Assembly: GCF_003351905.1 (NCBI RefSeq)
Contig: NZ_CP022339.1
Coordinates: 810,001 to 842,000 of the forward strand
DNA length: 32,000 bases
Origin: Candidatus Saccharimonadota bacterium
Lineage (GTDB): Bacteria > Bacteroidota > Bacteroidia > Cytophagales > Amoebophilaceae
Direction: 5' to 3'
Shown piece after piece: positions 17,330 through 25,583 of the stretch. The translations under genes were made by a program, and so were the position numbers. The notes below the pieces were generated by a model. The model searched no databases. It was not told the DNA's origin and saw only the letters and a program-made list of their open reading frames with translations. The stretch's first letter is position 1. Every line of letters starts with the position of its first letter.

Positions 17330-18139
17330 ATGATGTCTCCACAAAGGATACTATATGTTGCCAGTGAAATAGCTCCTTTTTTGGAGACTTCTCTTGTATC
17401 AGATTGTGTACGTAAGTTACCTGAAGCCATGCAAAGCAGACAGATTGATGTACGGATTGTGGTACCTAAGTTTGGTACGATTAATGATCGTATGAATAGG
17501 CTCCATGAAGTGCTGCGTTTGTCAGGTTCTATTGTTTCGATCAATGATGTAGACCATTCTATTTCTGTAAAGGTCAGCACTATACCCAGTACACGGTTGC
17601 AGGTTTATTTTGTAGATAACGATGATCTATTTGGGCGTAGGCGATCAGTTTTTGAGGACCACCACAATAACTTTTTTGAGGATAATGACTTGCGTATGAT
17701 TTTTTTCTGCACAGGTGTTATGGAAACGCTTAAAAAATTAGAATGGGAAGCCGACATTGTGCATTGTCATGATTGGATAACAGGTCTGATCCCTATTTTT
17801 TGGAAGAAGTTATATCAAGACCATGCGCTTTTTAGAAAAGCTAAGCTTGTTTTTACCGTTTATAACAATACTTTTTCGCATCATTTTCCTTGTTTAGCAG
17901 AAAAAATAGAAAAGGTAGGTATTGCCCAGGAGGATGCAGTATGGTTAACTCCGGGTGGTTTCCGTAACATTATTCAACTGGCTATGCACTATTCTGATCT
18001 AGTATTGCGTGGAGAAGCACTTGATGCTGTTGAGTTTGAGGATTTGTTTAAAGACAAAGAACTCCCTTGGGTTCAAAATGATGACCAATATAATGAGGAG
18101 TATTTTGAAATGTACAAGCGCTTATTATCCCATGCATAA
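17330..18139 (+). CDS. Short glycogen/starch-synthase-like protein (Glyco_transf_5 N-terminal domain only)
   Basis: 269 aa. ILYVASEIAPFLETS resembles the GlgA N-terminal KxGGL-region context. HCHDWITGLIP resembles the GlgA HxHDW motif. The length matches the truncated GlgA-like proteins common in Bacteroidota. Confidence 0.65.
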   Translation: MMSPQRILYVASEIAPFLETSLVSDCVRKLPEAMQSRQIDVRIVVPKFGTINDRMNRLHEVLRLSGSIVSINDVDHSISVKVSTIPSTRLQVYFVDNDDLFGRRRSVFEDHHNNFFEDNDLRMIFFCTGVMETLKKLEWEADIVHCHDWITGLIPIFWKKLYQDHALFRKAKLVFTVYNNTFSHHFPCLAEKIEKVGIAQEDAVWLTPGGFRNIIQLAMHYSDLVLRGEALDAVEFEDLFKDKELPWVQNDDQYNEEYFEMYKRLLSHA

Positions 18140-18245
18140 TGGTACCGAGCAGCAAATGGTGCCCATGTAAGGGAGGATATAGATCTATGAAACAATACAA
18201 ATTGTCTCCTGATCAAGCAAAAAGTTTGATATATCATCCTTCTTT

Positions 18246-19343
18246 ATGCATTTGTTCCACTATTTAGGTTTATGGTTTCTTTTTTCTTTTTTTCCGCTTC
18301 TTGCCTATAGTAGTGATCGTCCACTATCTGTATGGCCCAATAGTCCATCGGCCAAATGGTTGTGCACCATACGTGGGCAAAGTTTTATAGACAATACAGA
18401 GTATTTCAATAAAATCATCGAAGGAGAAACCATTTTTGGGTTTCATTTTTTTCCCAATTTAACGCTCGTAATGGCTGAGGATATCGGTCTGAACTTGGGG
18501 TTCATTTGGGAGAGGCATTTTGGCCATGTACAACCATGGCATGGCATTAGACCTACCCTATCCATCTGTTGTCACCATCCACAAGCCACTTTTATAGTAG
18601 GTATTTTTAGCCTACAGGACTACCCCTTACTAGAACCGCTTTACCTACAGCGTAAGCCGTTTATCGAGGGGTTGCATTTTAGGTTGGCAAAAAACAAAAA
18701 TTATCTCTCAGGGTGGCTCAATTGGCACACTTTACTATCCAAAAAAGAGAACAAACCAGAATCCTTTACCTTGCATTTAGATGGCGCATGCTGCCAAGGC
18801 CATTCGAATCGGACTGTGACGTTCCCCTTTCACTTGGCTGTTTACCACCTAGGTGGACAGGGTATACGGGTTAAAGATTATAGTTTGTGGTGTGGTGCAA
18901 CTGGTCTTGCTTTGCGTTTTTCCAATTGTTTGGGTGGATCCATTTATGGGGCTAGTTATCTACTATTTAGTAGGTATATCAAAGCTATAGACCGTCCTTT
19001 TAAAGAAGGGTGGGGGCAATGGTATACGATTGATTGGCAGATGTCCTGGCTAGGCATATCGTTGAGTTATTGGTATGGGCATAATTTTTCTTCCGAAAAT
19101 ATGGGTCATCCACTCTATCAATCTATTCGTATAGAGGACCGTAAAACGGTCTACTATGCGCGTATTAGAAGCCTTTTATTTTTATCCATATATAAAGATT
19201 GGAGGCCCCGTTCAGGTGTAACGATTCAGGCTGTTTTTAGACCCTATTATGATTGGGAGAATCGGTTGTTGGAGTATGGTTTTTCGTGTAAACTAACCTA
19301 TGCGCACGCTATTACCCTGCAACAGGCAAGCAGTATAAAATAA
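18246..19343 (+). CDS. Hypothetical exported protein, possibly an outer-membrane beta-barrel
   Basis: 365 aa. N-terminal signal-like LGLWFLFSFFPLLAYSS. It is rich in Trp/Tyr/Gly with alternating hydrophobic patterns. No motif I can name. Confidence 0.4.
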   Translation: MHLFHYLGLWFLFSFFPLLAYSSDRPLSVWPNSPSAKWLCTIRGQSFIDNTEYFNKIIEGETIFGFHFFPNLTLVMAEDIGLNLGFIWERHFGHVQPWHGIRPTLSICCHHPQATFIVGIFSLQDYPLLEPLYLQRKPFIEGLHFRLAKNKNYLSGWLNWHTLLSKKENKPESFTLHLDGACCQGHSNRTVTFPFHLAVYHLGGQGIRVKDYSLWCGATGLALRFSNCLGGSIYGASYLLFSRYIKAIDRPFKEGWGQWYTIDWQMSWLGISLSYWYGHNFSSENMGHPLYQSIRIEDRKTVYYARIRSLLFLSIYKDWRPRSGVTIQAVFRPYYDWENRLLEYGFSCKLTYAHAITLQQASSIK

Positions 19344-19357
19344 TAATAACCCTCTTT

Positions 19358-21955
19358 ATGGCTGAATTATTGATTTATCGTGCTTCTGCAGGTTCTGGTA
19401 AAACCCATGTATTGGTAACCCGTTACATTCAATGGGCCCTACGTTATCCAGATGCCTTTAAGCATATCTTGGCAGTAACCTTTACCAATCATGCGACCCA
19501 AGAAATGAAGCAGCGGATTCTAGCCTATTTGTATAGTTTATCTATTGGACAAGAGACTGTTGTACAAGAGATGTTGCGTCTAACAGGGTGGGGGCATGCA
19601 CAACTACAGCGGCGCAGCAAGGAAGTATTAGCTAGGATGGTCTACCAGTATGGTGATTTTTCAGTTACCACCATCGATAGCTTCTTTTATAAACTTATTC
19701 AAACTTTTGCCCAATCGATGGGGTTGCCGCATCAGTTTGCCATTGAAATGGATGAATCGTTGGCTTTACAAGAAACTATAGAGGCGTTATCTACTTTAGA
19801 TGAACCTTTGCTGCAAAAATGGATGGTGGACTTTGCACTTACCAAGCTATTGGCAGGTAAAAGTTGGCATATTAAAAGCCACATTCAGGAGCTAGGTAAG
19901 GCACTTTTTGATGAATCATTTAAGCTACATGAACAAGCATTATTAACCGCTTTTGAGCAGCCAGAGAGATGGTTTCACTTTGTGGCCACCACACAAGCAT
20001 GTTGGCATGGTTTTGAAGAAAAGATGCAACAGATTGGTCAAACTGCCCTCAACATATTGAAGCAAGAGGGCCTTACACCAGCAGATTTTTCCTATGGTAC
20101 CAAAGGGGTAATTGGTTATTTTTTAAAATTAGCCAGCAAAAAAGAGCTGCAGCCAACCAAACGAGCCATTCAAGGCAGTGATGATCTAACCAGTTGGTAT
20201 AAAAAAAAACATCCATCTGATGCTATCGCTAGGGTAGTAGAGACGTTACTCCATCCTCTATTGATGGAGGCGATGACCTTGCATGCACAAGAGGGCTTAG
20301 CCTATAGAACCGCTATGGTGCGTGCCCGTTTTACCTATGCCTTTGGTATGATTGGTGCTTTATTGATAGGGTTAGAGCGGTATAGATCCCAAAACCATCT
20401 TTTGTTTATATCCGATGTGTCTGTCTTACTCTACCAAGCCATTCAAGGCAGTGATACCCCCTTCTTATATGAGCAAGTAGGTAATCAATTCCATCATTTG
20501 CTTATAGATGAATTTCAAGATCTTTCTCTTTTTCAATGGATGAATATCAAGCCATTGGTACGCAATGGGCTTGCACAAGGCCATAGTAGTTTAGTCGTAG
20601 GAGATGTGAAACAATCTATTTACCGTTGGCGTGGCAGCAATTGGAAACTTTTGAACCATCAAGTAGCAGCAGAATTTAAGGAAAGCACCATCCATGGTTT
20701 AACGACCAATAGGCGCAGCAAAGAGGCGGTCGTATTATTTAACAATTGTTTTTTTAAAAGAGCTGCTGGCCAATTGGTTGATTATCTCGAAGCCACCTTG
20801 CCCCCTATGGAGCCATTAGCCAACGAGTTGGCCCAAATGAGGCGGGCCTATGATGACGTCGTACAACAACCCGATCTGCAACCAGGTGGCTATGTAGAAT
20901 TTTTTTTGCTTCGTTCTGAACAAAAAGCAGATGATGTTATGGTTATGCATACGCAACAAGCCTTTATAGCGTTACTAGAACGTTTGCAAAAAGAGGGCAT
21001 TCCAGCAAAGGATATAGTGGTATTGGTGCGGAATCATCGTGAAGCTACTTTGCTAGCCCACACCACTGCTACCTATAAGGTCGTATCAGACTATGCCTAT
21101 GTTTTAGGGAGCCATATGGCCATAAAAGTACTCATACATACATTGTATTATCTTCATAATGAATATGATTTGATTAATATAGCTGCTTGGATAGAGACCT
21201 ATGCTAGTTGTACCTCATCCAGTATGGGGCACCATGATAGATTGTACAAAGCAAGTGATATACACAAGCTCATTCCCCAATCTTTTTGGGTCCAAAAAGA
21301 ATTTTTAAAAAATACATCTGTTTATAACTGTGTGCAGCTAGTGATTGCCTGTTTATTTCATCTCCCTCATGACTTTGGCGATGTGTTGGCTTTTTTTCAG
21401 AGTATCGTTTTAAATAGTTTCCTTACCGGCACTACTTCTATAGAAGCCTTTTTAGTCTGGTGGGAAAAAAAAGGCCGCATGATCAAGCTGCCCATTAGCC
21501 ATCAGGACCATGTGATCAAGGCAATGACCATTCATCAAGCCAAGGGGCTAGCTTTTAAGGTAGTCATTATACCCTTTTGTAGTTGGGGTTTGGACCATCC
21601 GTCCCAACATGGCCCCATTTTATGGAGCCTACACCATGCGCAACCTTCCTATTTTCCTATATGGCCCATAGGCTATGGTGCAGCACTTAAAGAAACCCAT
21701 TATGCGCAAGACTATTACCTAGAACAAATTCAAATCCATCTTGATAACCTTAATCTCCTCTACGTAGCGTTTACAAGAGCTGCTGCACAACTCTATGTGA
21801 TGGCCCCATTGCCAGGTAAAATGGAAGGTATGACTACTGTTGCTGATGTAATCTACCAATCTTTGCAGCTACCAGAGTCTCTATGCGGAACAGGCGTACC
21901 ACGGGCAACTGATATAGAAGAAACTGCTCTTGGGACTAGGTTTTGTTTTAGCTGA
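19358..21955 (+). CDS. UvrD-type helicase of the AddA/RecB-like class, apparently lacking the C-terminal nuclease domain
   Basis: 865 aa. N-terminal LIYRASAGSGKTHVLV (Walker A in AddA-like context), LLIDEFQDLS (motif II), VVGDVKQSIYRWRGS (motif III), TIHQAKGLAF (motif V) and YVAFTRAAAQLYV (motif VI). The protein ends about 60 aa after motif VI. Confidence 0.8.
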   Translation: MAELLIYRASAGSGKTHVLVTRYIQWALRYPDAFKHILAVTFTNHATQEMKQRILAYLYSLSIGQETVVQEMLRLTGWGHAQLQRRSKEVLARMVYQYGDFSVTTIDSFFYKLIQTFAQSMGLPHQFAIEMDESLALQETIEALSTLDEPLLQKWMVDFALTKLLAGKSWHIKSHIQELGKALFDESFKLHEQALLTAFEQPERWFHFVATTQACWHGFEEKMQQIGQTALNILKQEGLTPADFSYGTKGVIGYFLKLASKKELQPTKRAIQGSDDLTSWYKKKHPSDAIARVVETLLHPLLMEAMTLHAQEGLAYRTAMVRARFTYAFGMIGALLIGLERYRSQNHLLFISDVSVLLYQAIQGSDTPFLYEQVGNQFHHLLIDEFQDLSLFQWMNIKPLVRNGLAQGHSSLVVGDVKQSIYRWRGSNWKLLNHQVAAEFKESTIHGLTTNRRSKEAVVLFNNCFFKRAAGQLVDYLEATLPPMEPLANELAQMRRAYDDVVQQPDLQPGGYVEFFLLRSEQKADDVMVMHTQQAFIALLERLQKEGIPAKDIVVLVRNHREATLLAHTTATYKVVSDYAYVLGSHMAIKVLIHTLYYLHNEYDLINIAAWIETYASCTSSSMGHHDRLYKASDIHKLIPQSFWVQKEFLKNTSVYNCVQLVIACLFHLPHDFGDVLAFFQSIVLNSFLTGTTSIEAFLVWWEKKGRMIKLPISHQDHVIKAMTIHQAKGLAFKVVIIPFCSWGLDHPSQHGPILWSLHHAQPSYFPIWPIGYGAALKETHYAQDYYLEQIQIHLDNLNLLYVAFTRAAAQLYVMAPLPGKMEGMTTVADVIYQSLQLPESLCGTGVPRATDIEETALGTRFCFS

Positions 21956-22011
21956 TCTTACTTGAGCTGTGTTGTGTAAGCATCAATATATTTTTTTATC
22001 CATCCTATTTA

Positions 22012-22245
22012 CGTACGTGTTCAGCGCGATCGTTTTTTGCGTTAAAAGAACAAGGCCCCTGAAAAAAGTCGCGGTTTAGAAAGTGGCATTTTACAGATGA
22101 TTAAGAAAAACAGTTTCCTTTGAAGCCCCCAAAGGGGGCGCTTTCTGTTTTTCCATCTGTAGGATGTCACTTTCAGTGGCTTTTTACCGAGGGCTTGATT
22201 TTTTGTCCACTTCTTGATCAAGAAAAAAGTGGATAAAATTCATTA
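22012..22245 (+). repeat. Family-1 dispersed repeat, core-only copy
   Basis: cgtacgtgttcagcgcgatcgttttttgcgttaaaagaa ... ttacagatgattaagaaaaacagtttcctttgaagcccccaaagggggcgctttctgtttttccatctgtaggatgtcactttcag ... gggcttgattttttgtccacttcttgatcaagaaaaaagtggataaaattcatta. The central roughly 90 nt are nearly identical to 13255-13345. Confidence 0.9.
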
Positions 22246-22359
22246 TTAACCAGTATCGTGAACAGGCACCTATTTTACTTGTTTTTTATTAAATTTTTTA
22301 ATAGAATAACAAATGGAATGAGTTAAGTCAAATTTTTTTGCCCTAAAAATATATTGGTC

Positions 22360-23346
22360 ATGATGAAATATAGGTTCTTTTTATTGCTACTCGTTACATC
22401 TTGTCATGGAGTCTCTTCTGTCTATAGATATGATCATGCTGAAGATCAGCGTAACCAAGATAGTGATACGTATCGTTTTAGGCAAGATGAATACGATTTT
22501 AATGAAAAAGCTTTGGAGCGATTTGAGGATTGGTATTGTAATTTGATAGATCAACTTGGTCATTTTGTAGATCCTACCATCATAATTTTAGATGTTTACG
22601 ATTATGCGGCTAAGCGTGGCCAGCTCCCTTTTCTTGGCCCGACTGGAAAACGGGCGGCTTACAAAGCATCGAAGGTTTGGAAGCGAGGCAAGCAAGTATT
22701 TGGAAGGGAGGAGGGGCTATTTAGCCATGATCGAAAAGGTCTGGAAATCATTCGTTTCAGTTGTAAGCCTATCCCTCAGGAATACCAGAAGTCTTGCCTG
22801 AGTATGGTCTTTCGGTTGGTAGATAGGTTGTTTCGTGAGCGGCCTAAATATAAAAAATTATCTCAACAGTTCACCGATTTGCATCAAACCTTCACCGAGC
22901 GATTCACCCATTTATCTACCGCATACCCTGAACGATGCAGCGGTTTAGAGCAGCCACTTAGCCAAGAGGATCAGCAAGCTTATAGCCATGCAATGGCGTA
23001 TCTAGAAAAATTATTTATGGAACATAGTGATGCGATGAATAAATCAGCCAACTTACTATTTTATTCCGATACCTACCCGGGGTTTCTATTTTTTTTGTTG
23101 CGTAATGATCTGCATCTGTGCCCATTTCCGGTGTTGTATCTATTGGCTATTTCTTCAGGATCTGGTGTTTTAGTGAATGAATTTTTAGGTTTTTGTGAGC
23201 AGCAAGGTATGAATGTAAAGCACGCTGATGGATTGGCTAAAAGCATGTTCCAACATGCATCTCATGGCCTAGTTCTCTCCAACCTAAGTAAACCGTCCAA
23301 AGTGCGCCTCATGAAAAGTGAGCTGGATAGAAAAAAAGCAGGGTAA
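22360..23346 (+). CDS. Hypothetical lipoprotein, paralog 1 of a tandem pair
   Basis: The ORF is open from TTG 22354. ATG at 22360 gives MMKYRFFLLLLVTSC (lipobox). It shares blocks with the next gene: IPQEYQKSCLSMVFRLVDRLFRERPKYKKL, AMAYLEKLFMEHSDAMNKSA. No known domain recognised. Confidence 0.6.
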   Translation: MMKYRFFLLLLVTSCHGVSSVYRYDHAEDQRNQDSDTYRFRQDEYDFNEKALERFEDWYCNLIDQLGHFVDPTIIILDVYDYAAKRGQLPFLGPTGKRAAYKASKVWKRGKQVFGREEGLFSHDRKGLEIIRFSCKPIPQEYQKSCLSMVFRLVDRLFRERPKYKKLSQQFTDLHQTFTERFTHLSTAYPERCSGLEQPLSQEDQQAYSHAMAYLEKLFMEHSDAMNKSANLLFYSDTYPGFLFFLLRNDLHLCPFPVLYLLAISSGSGVLVNEFLGFCEQQGMNVKHADGLAKSMFQHASHGLVLSNLSKPSKVRLMKSELDRKKAG

Positions 23347-23427
23347 GTATATTTGTTTGCTACAGTTTTTAGGCTATCCTATTGGGGGATAATAATAAAA
23401 ATTTGTTCCGTCTAAAATGTGTTGACT

Positions 23428-24204
23428 ATGATGCGCAATATGGTGTTTGTATGGGCGCTGATTTCATTTTGTAGTGGGTGCAGTAGCGTTATAGGTTATA
23501 CGATGCAGTGTCAAGCGTCGAGTGATGTCAGGAAACTTGATGCTATTGCTAACCTTACTAAACCTACTTTTAAGAAAATGGATTTGCTGTACTGCTGCCT
23601 ATCATATAGGAACTGTATATTTAATCTTGCACTTACTGACCATACTGAAAGACTTGAAAAACTCATATTAGAGCTTTACAACTTTGCGGATAAGCATAAT
23701 AAGCTGTGTCTACTTGATTCGGACGGTAAACCAACGGGAGATAAGGCAGAAGACATTTGGAAACAGGTCCAGCCAGCATACAGGAACATACCTGCAGACT
23801 ATCAACAATCTTGTCTGAGTATAATCTTGGAATTAGTAGATGATTTGCTTCAAACCAAACCCAAGTATGCAAGGCTATATAAGCGATTAATGGATTTTGA
23901 GCGACATTTTAAGGATGAGGATAAGCAACGTAAGCCTACCTATAACGATGAAATGGCTTATGTAAAAAAATTACTCATGGAACATTTCGATGAGTTGAAC
24001 GAAGCAACATTTTACGCTGAGTATGGCAGTAGTGCGATTCCCTCTCCTTATGTTTCGGATCTGGATGACAGCATGTTATCTACTGACGTTGGAAGGTGGG
24101 ATAGCACTATGCCATCTGCCTGGCCGGTTGCCTGGTATTCAGGATCTAAGGCTATCAGAAAGGGCTTTCAAGCCTTCTTTTTAAATTTAAAAAAAATAAA
24201 ATAG
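23428..24204 (+). CDS. Hypothetical lipoprotein, paralog 2 of a tandem pair
   Basis: The ORF is open from GTG 23419. ATG at 23428 gives MMRNMVFVWALISFCSGC (lipobox). Shared blocks are IPADYQQSCLSIILELVDDLLQTKPKYARL and EMAYVKKLLMEHFDELNEAT. Confidence 0.6.
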   Translation: MMRNMVFVWALISFCSGCSSVIGYTMQCQASSDVRKLDAIANLTKPTFKKMDLLYCCLSYRNCIFNLALTDHTERLEKLILELYNFADKHNKLCLLDSDGKPTGDKAEDIWKQVQPAYRNIPADYQQSCLSIILELVDDLLQTKPKYARLYKRLMDFERHFKDEDKQRKPTYNDEMAYVKKLLMEHFDELNEATFYAEYGSSAIPSPYVSDLDDSMLSTDVGRWDSTMPSAWPVAWYSGSKAIRKGFQAFFLNLKKIK

Positions 24205-24214
24205 GTATGTATGG

Positions 24215-24378
24215 TATCTGTCGTATGTTTGTATTATAAGATTATCTTATTAAAGAGCTGGAATAAGGTTGCGGTATCTTTGGTATTCAATACTGTTCAA
24301 GTAACTGGTTTTTTGCATTATTAATCAGTAACGTCGTACGTGCACAGCAAATGGTGTCAACTTAATGAATATATTTTA
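24215..24378 (+). repeat. Family-2 dispersed repeat (copy 2) carrying a roughly 38-bp insert that is a solo family-1 terminus
   Basis: Aligns with the reverse complement of 828-951. The extra segment beginning ctgttcaagtaactggttttttgc (24293-24316) is identical to the family-1 left terminus. Confidence 0.8.
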
Positions 24379-24419
24379 TTGATTGTCAAGCAAAAGCATC
24401 TATTCTCGCCATTGGTTAA

Positions 24420-24783
24420 TAATGAATTGTATTCCACTTTTTTCTTGATAAAAAAGTGGACAAAAAATCAAGCCCTCGGCAAAAAGTCGCTGAAAGTGTT
24501 ATCTTACAGATGGAAAAACACAGAAAGCGCCCCCTGTGAGGGCTTGAAAGGAATCTGTTTTTCCACATCATCTGTAAAATTCCACTTTCTACACCGCGAC
24601 TTTTTACAGGGGCGTTTTTCTTTTAACGCAAAAAACCAGTTACTTGAACAGATACCTAATAAAAACCACTGTGCTGAACAACAGTTCGTTTCATTATTTT
24701 TACTGCGTGCCAACTTTTTATCGGCGGACATGGGCAACGGCGTATACGCATTAGCCATTTCTAGCTCTGTGCTAGAATAAATT
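24420..24783 (-). repeat. Family-1 dispersed repeat, long copy, inverted relative to the copies at 13043 and 22012
   Basis: The reverse complement aligns over both the extension and the core with 13043-13410. The terminal hairpin is ccactttttt cttgat aaaaaagtgg at 24434-24459. Confidence 0.9.
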
Positions 24784-24830
24784 TCCCTTAATTTGACGTC
24801 ATTTCGTGAGCAGATGCATCTCTAGTTCCC

Positions 24831-25583
24831 TTAGACCTTAACGATCCATAGATGCATCGCAGTGCCTAATGGTACTTTGCTACCTGGTTCAGGGTGTTGA
24901 CGTATAACAGTACCAATAGGTTCTTTTTGTTTGTTTTTTACACGGTGCAGCACCCCTATACGCATGCCCTGCTCAAGTAATATAAGCCGTGCTTCTTCTA
25001 AAGCCATTTCTACTACATTAGGCACCTCAATGGTTTGATTACCTAGTCCAGTACTAACCACTAAATCGATGGTAGACCCTTTATGGATCGGTTTGCCAGC
25101 AGGGATAGGATGACGATTGTGCCATTGTTCTAAAACAGCATATTCTGTAATGTCAGAGACATACTTGATGTCACCTAGGTTGAGTCCCTTATTTTTTAGC
25201 AGTAGGTTTGCCTGTTTAACAGAACCATCAATCAGGTTAGGCATAGATACAAGGGGAGGATGTTCTGCATTTAAGGTTAAATAGATTTTTCTATTTTCCT
25301 TCACCCAAGCACCTGCTGCAGGAAATTGTTGTAAAACGGTAAAGGGAGGTAGTTGTACGGAGTACCCACTGTTATCTGTGATCACGTAACGCAGATGGTC
25401 TTTGCTTAGCTTATCTTCTAATTCCTTTACATGCACACCGGTTAGGTCAGGGACCTCAACAATTTTACCTTGATGGGTAAGATAAGGCAATGCTATATAG
25501 AAAAAGATATATAGTATAGCTATACTTAAGCAAGCCATGTAAACAAGGTGTTTCAATAGCTTGATTAACTTTTCTTTGTTCAT
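24831..25583 (-). CDS. PASTA-domain membrane protein
   Basis: 250 aa. N-terminal TM helix (MACLSIAILYIFFYIALPYL) and three PASTA-like repeats (VEVPDLTGVHVKELEDKL..., VSMPNLIDGSVKQANLLLKNKGLNLG..., IEVPNVVEMALEEARLILLEQGMRIG...). Its start overlaps the ddl stop by ATGA. Confidence 0.85.
   Translation of the reverse strand: MNKEKLIKLLKHLVYMACLSIAILYIFFYIALPYLTHQGKIVEVPDLTGVHVKELEDKLSKDHLRYVITDNSGYSVQLPPFTVLQQFPAAGAWVKENRKIYLTLNAEHPPLVSMPNLIDGSVKQANLLLKNKGLNLGDIKYVSDITEYAVLEQWHNRHPIPAGKPIHKGSTIDLVVSTGLGNQTIEVPNVVEMALEEARLILLEQGMRIGVLHRVKNKQKEPIGTVIRQHPEPGSKVPLGTAMHLWIVKV

Noticed and set aside
24340-24780. ORFs 24340..24780 (+) and 24504..24758 (-), and likewise 620..817 (-), which encode peptides such as STFFLIKKWTKN and MANAYTPLPMSA
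   Set aside because: They lie entirely within family-1 and family-2 repeats, and the FLIKKWTK peptides simply reflect the palindromic hairpin read in both directions. The MANAY... ORF is also present in copy 13066 onward. However, the two copies differ by an A4/A5 indel (gaataaaagttgg versus gataaaaagttgg), which puts the downstream sequence in different frames, so no protein is conserved.
759-24783. Whether the repeated elements represent a CRISPR array or integron attC sites
   Set aside because: The copies are kilobases apart and are not regularly spaced by short unique spacers. They are about 230 bp long and no cas genes are present. The imperfect-palindrome position 3' of accessory genes is reminiscent of attC. 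However, I see no convincing R'/R'' core sites (GTTRRRY) at the ends and no integrase in the window, so the integron idea is unsupported.
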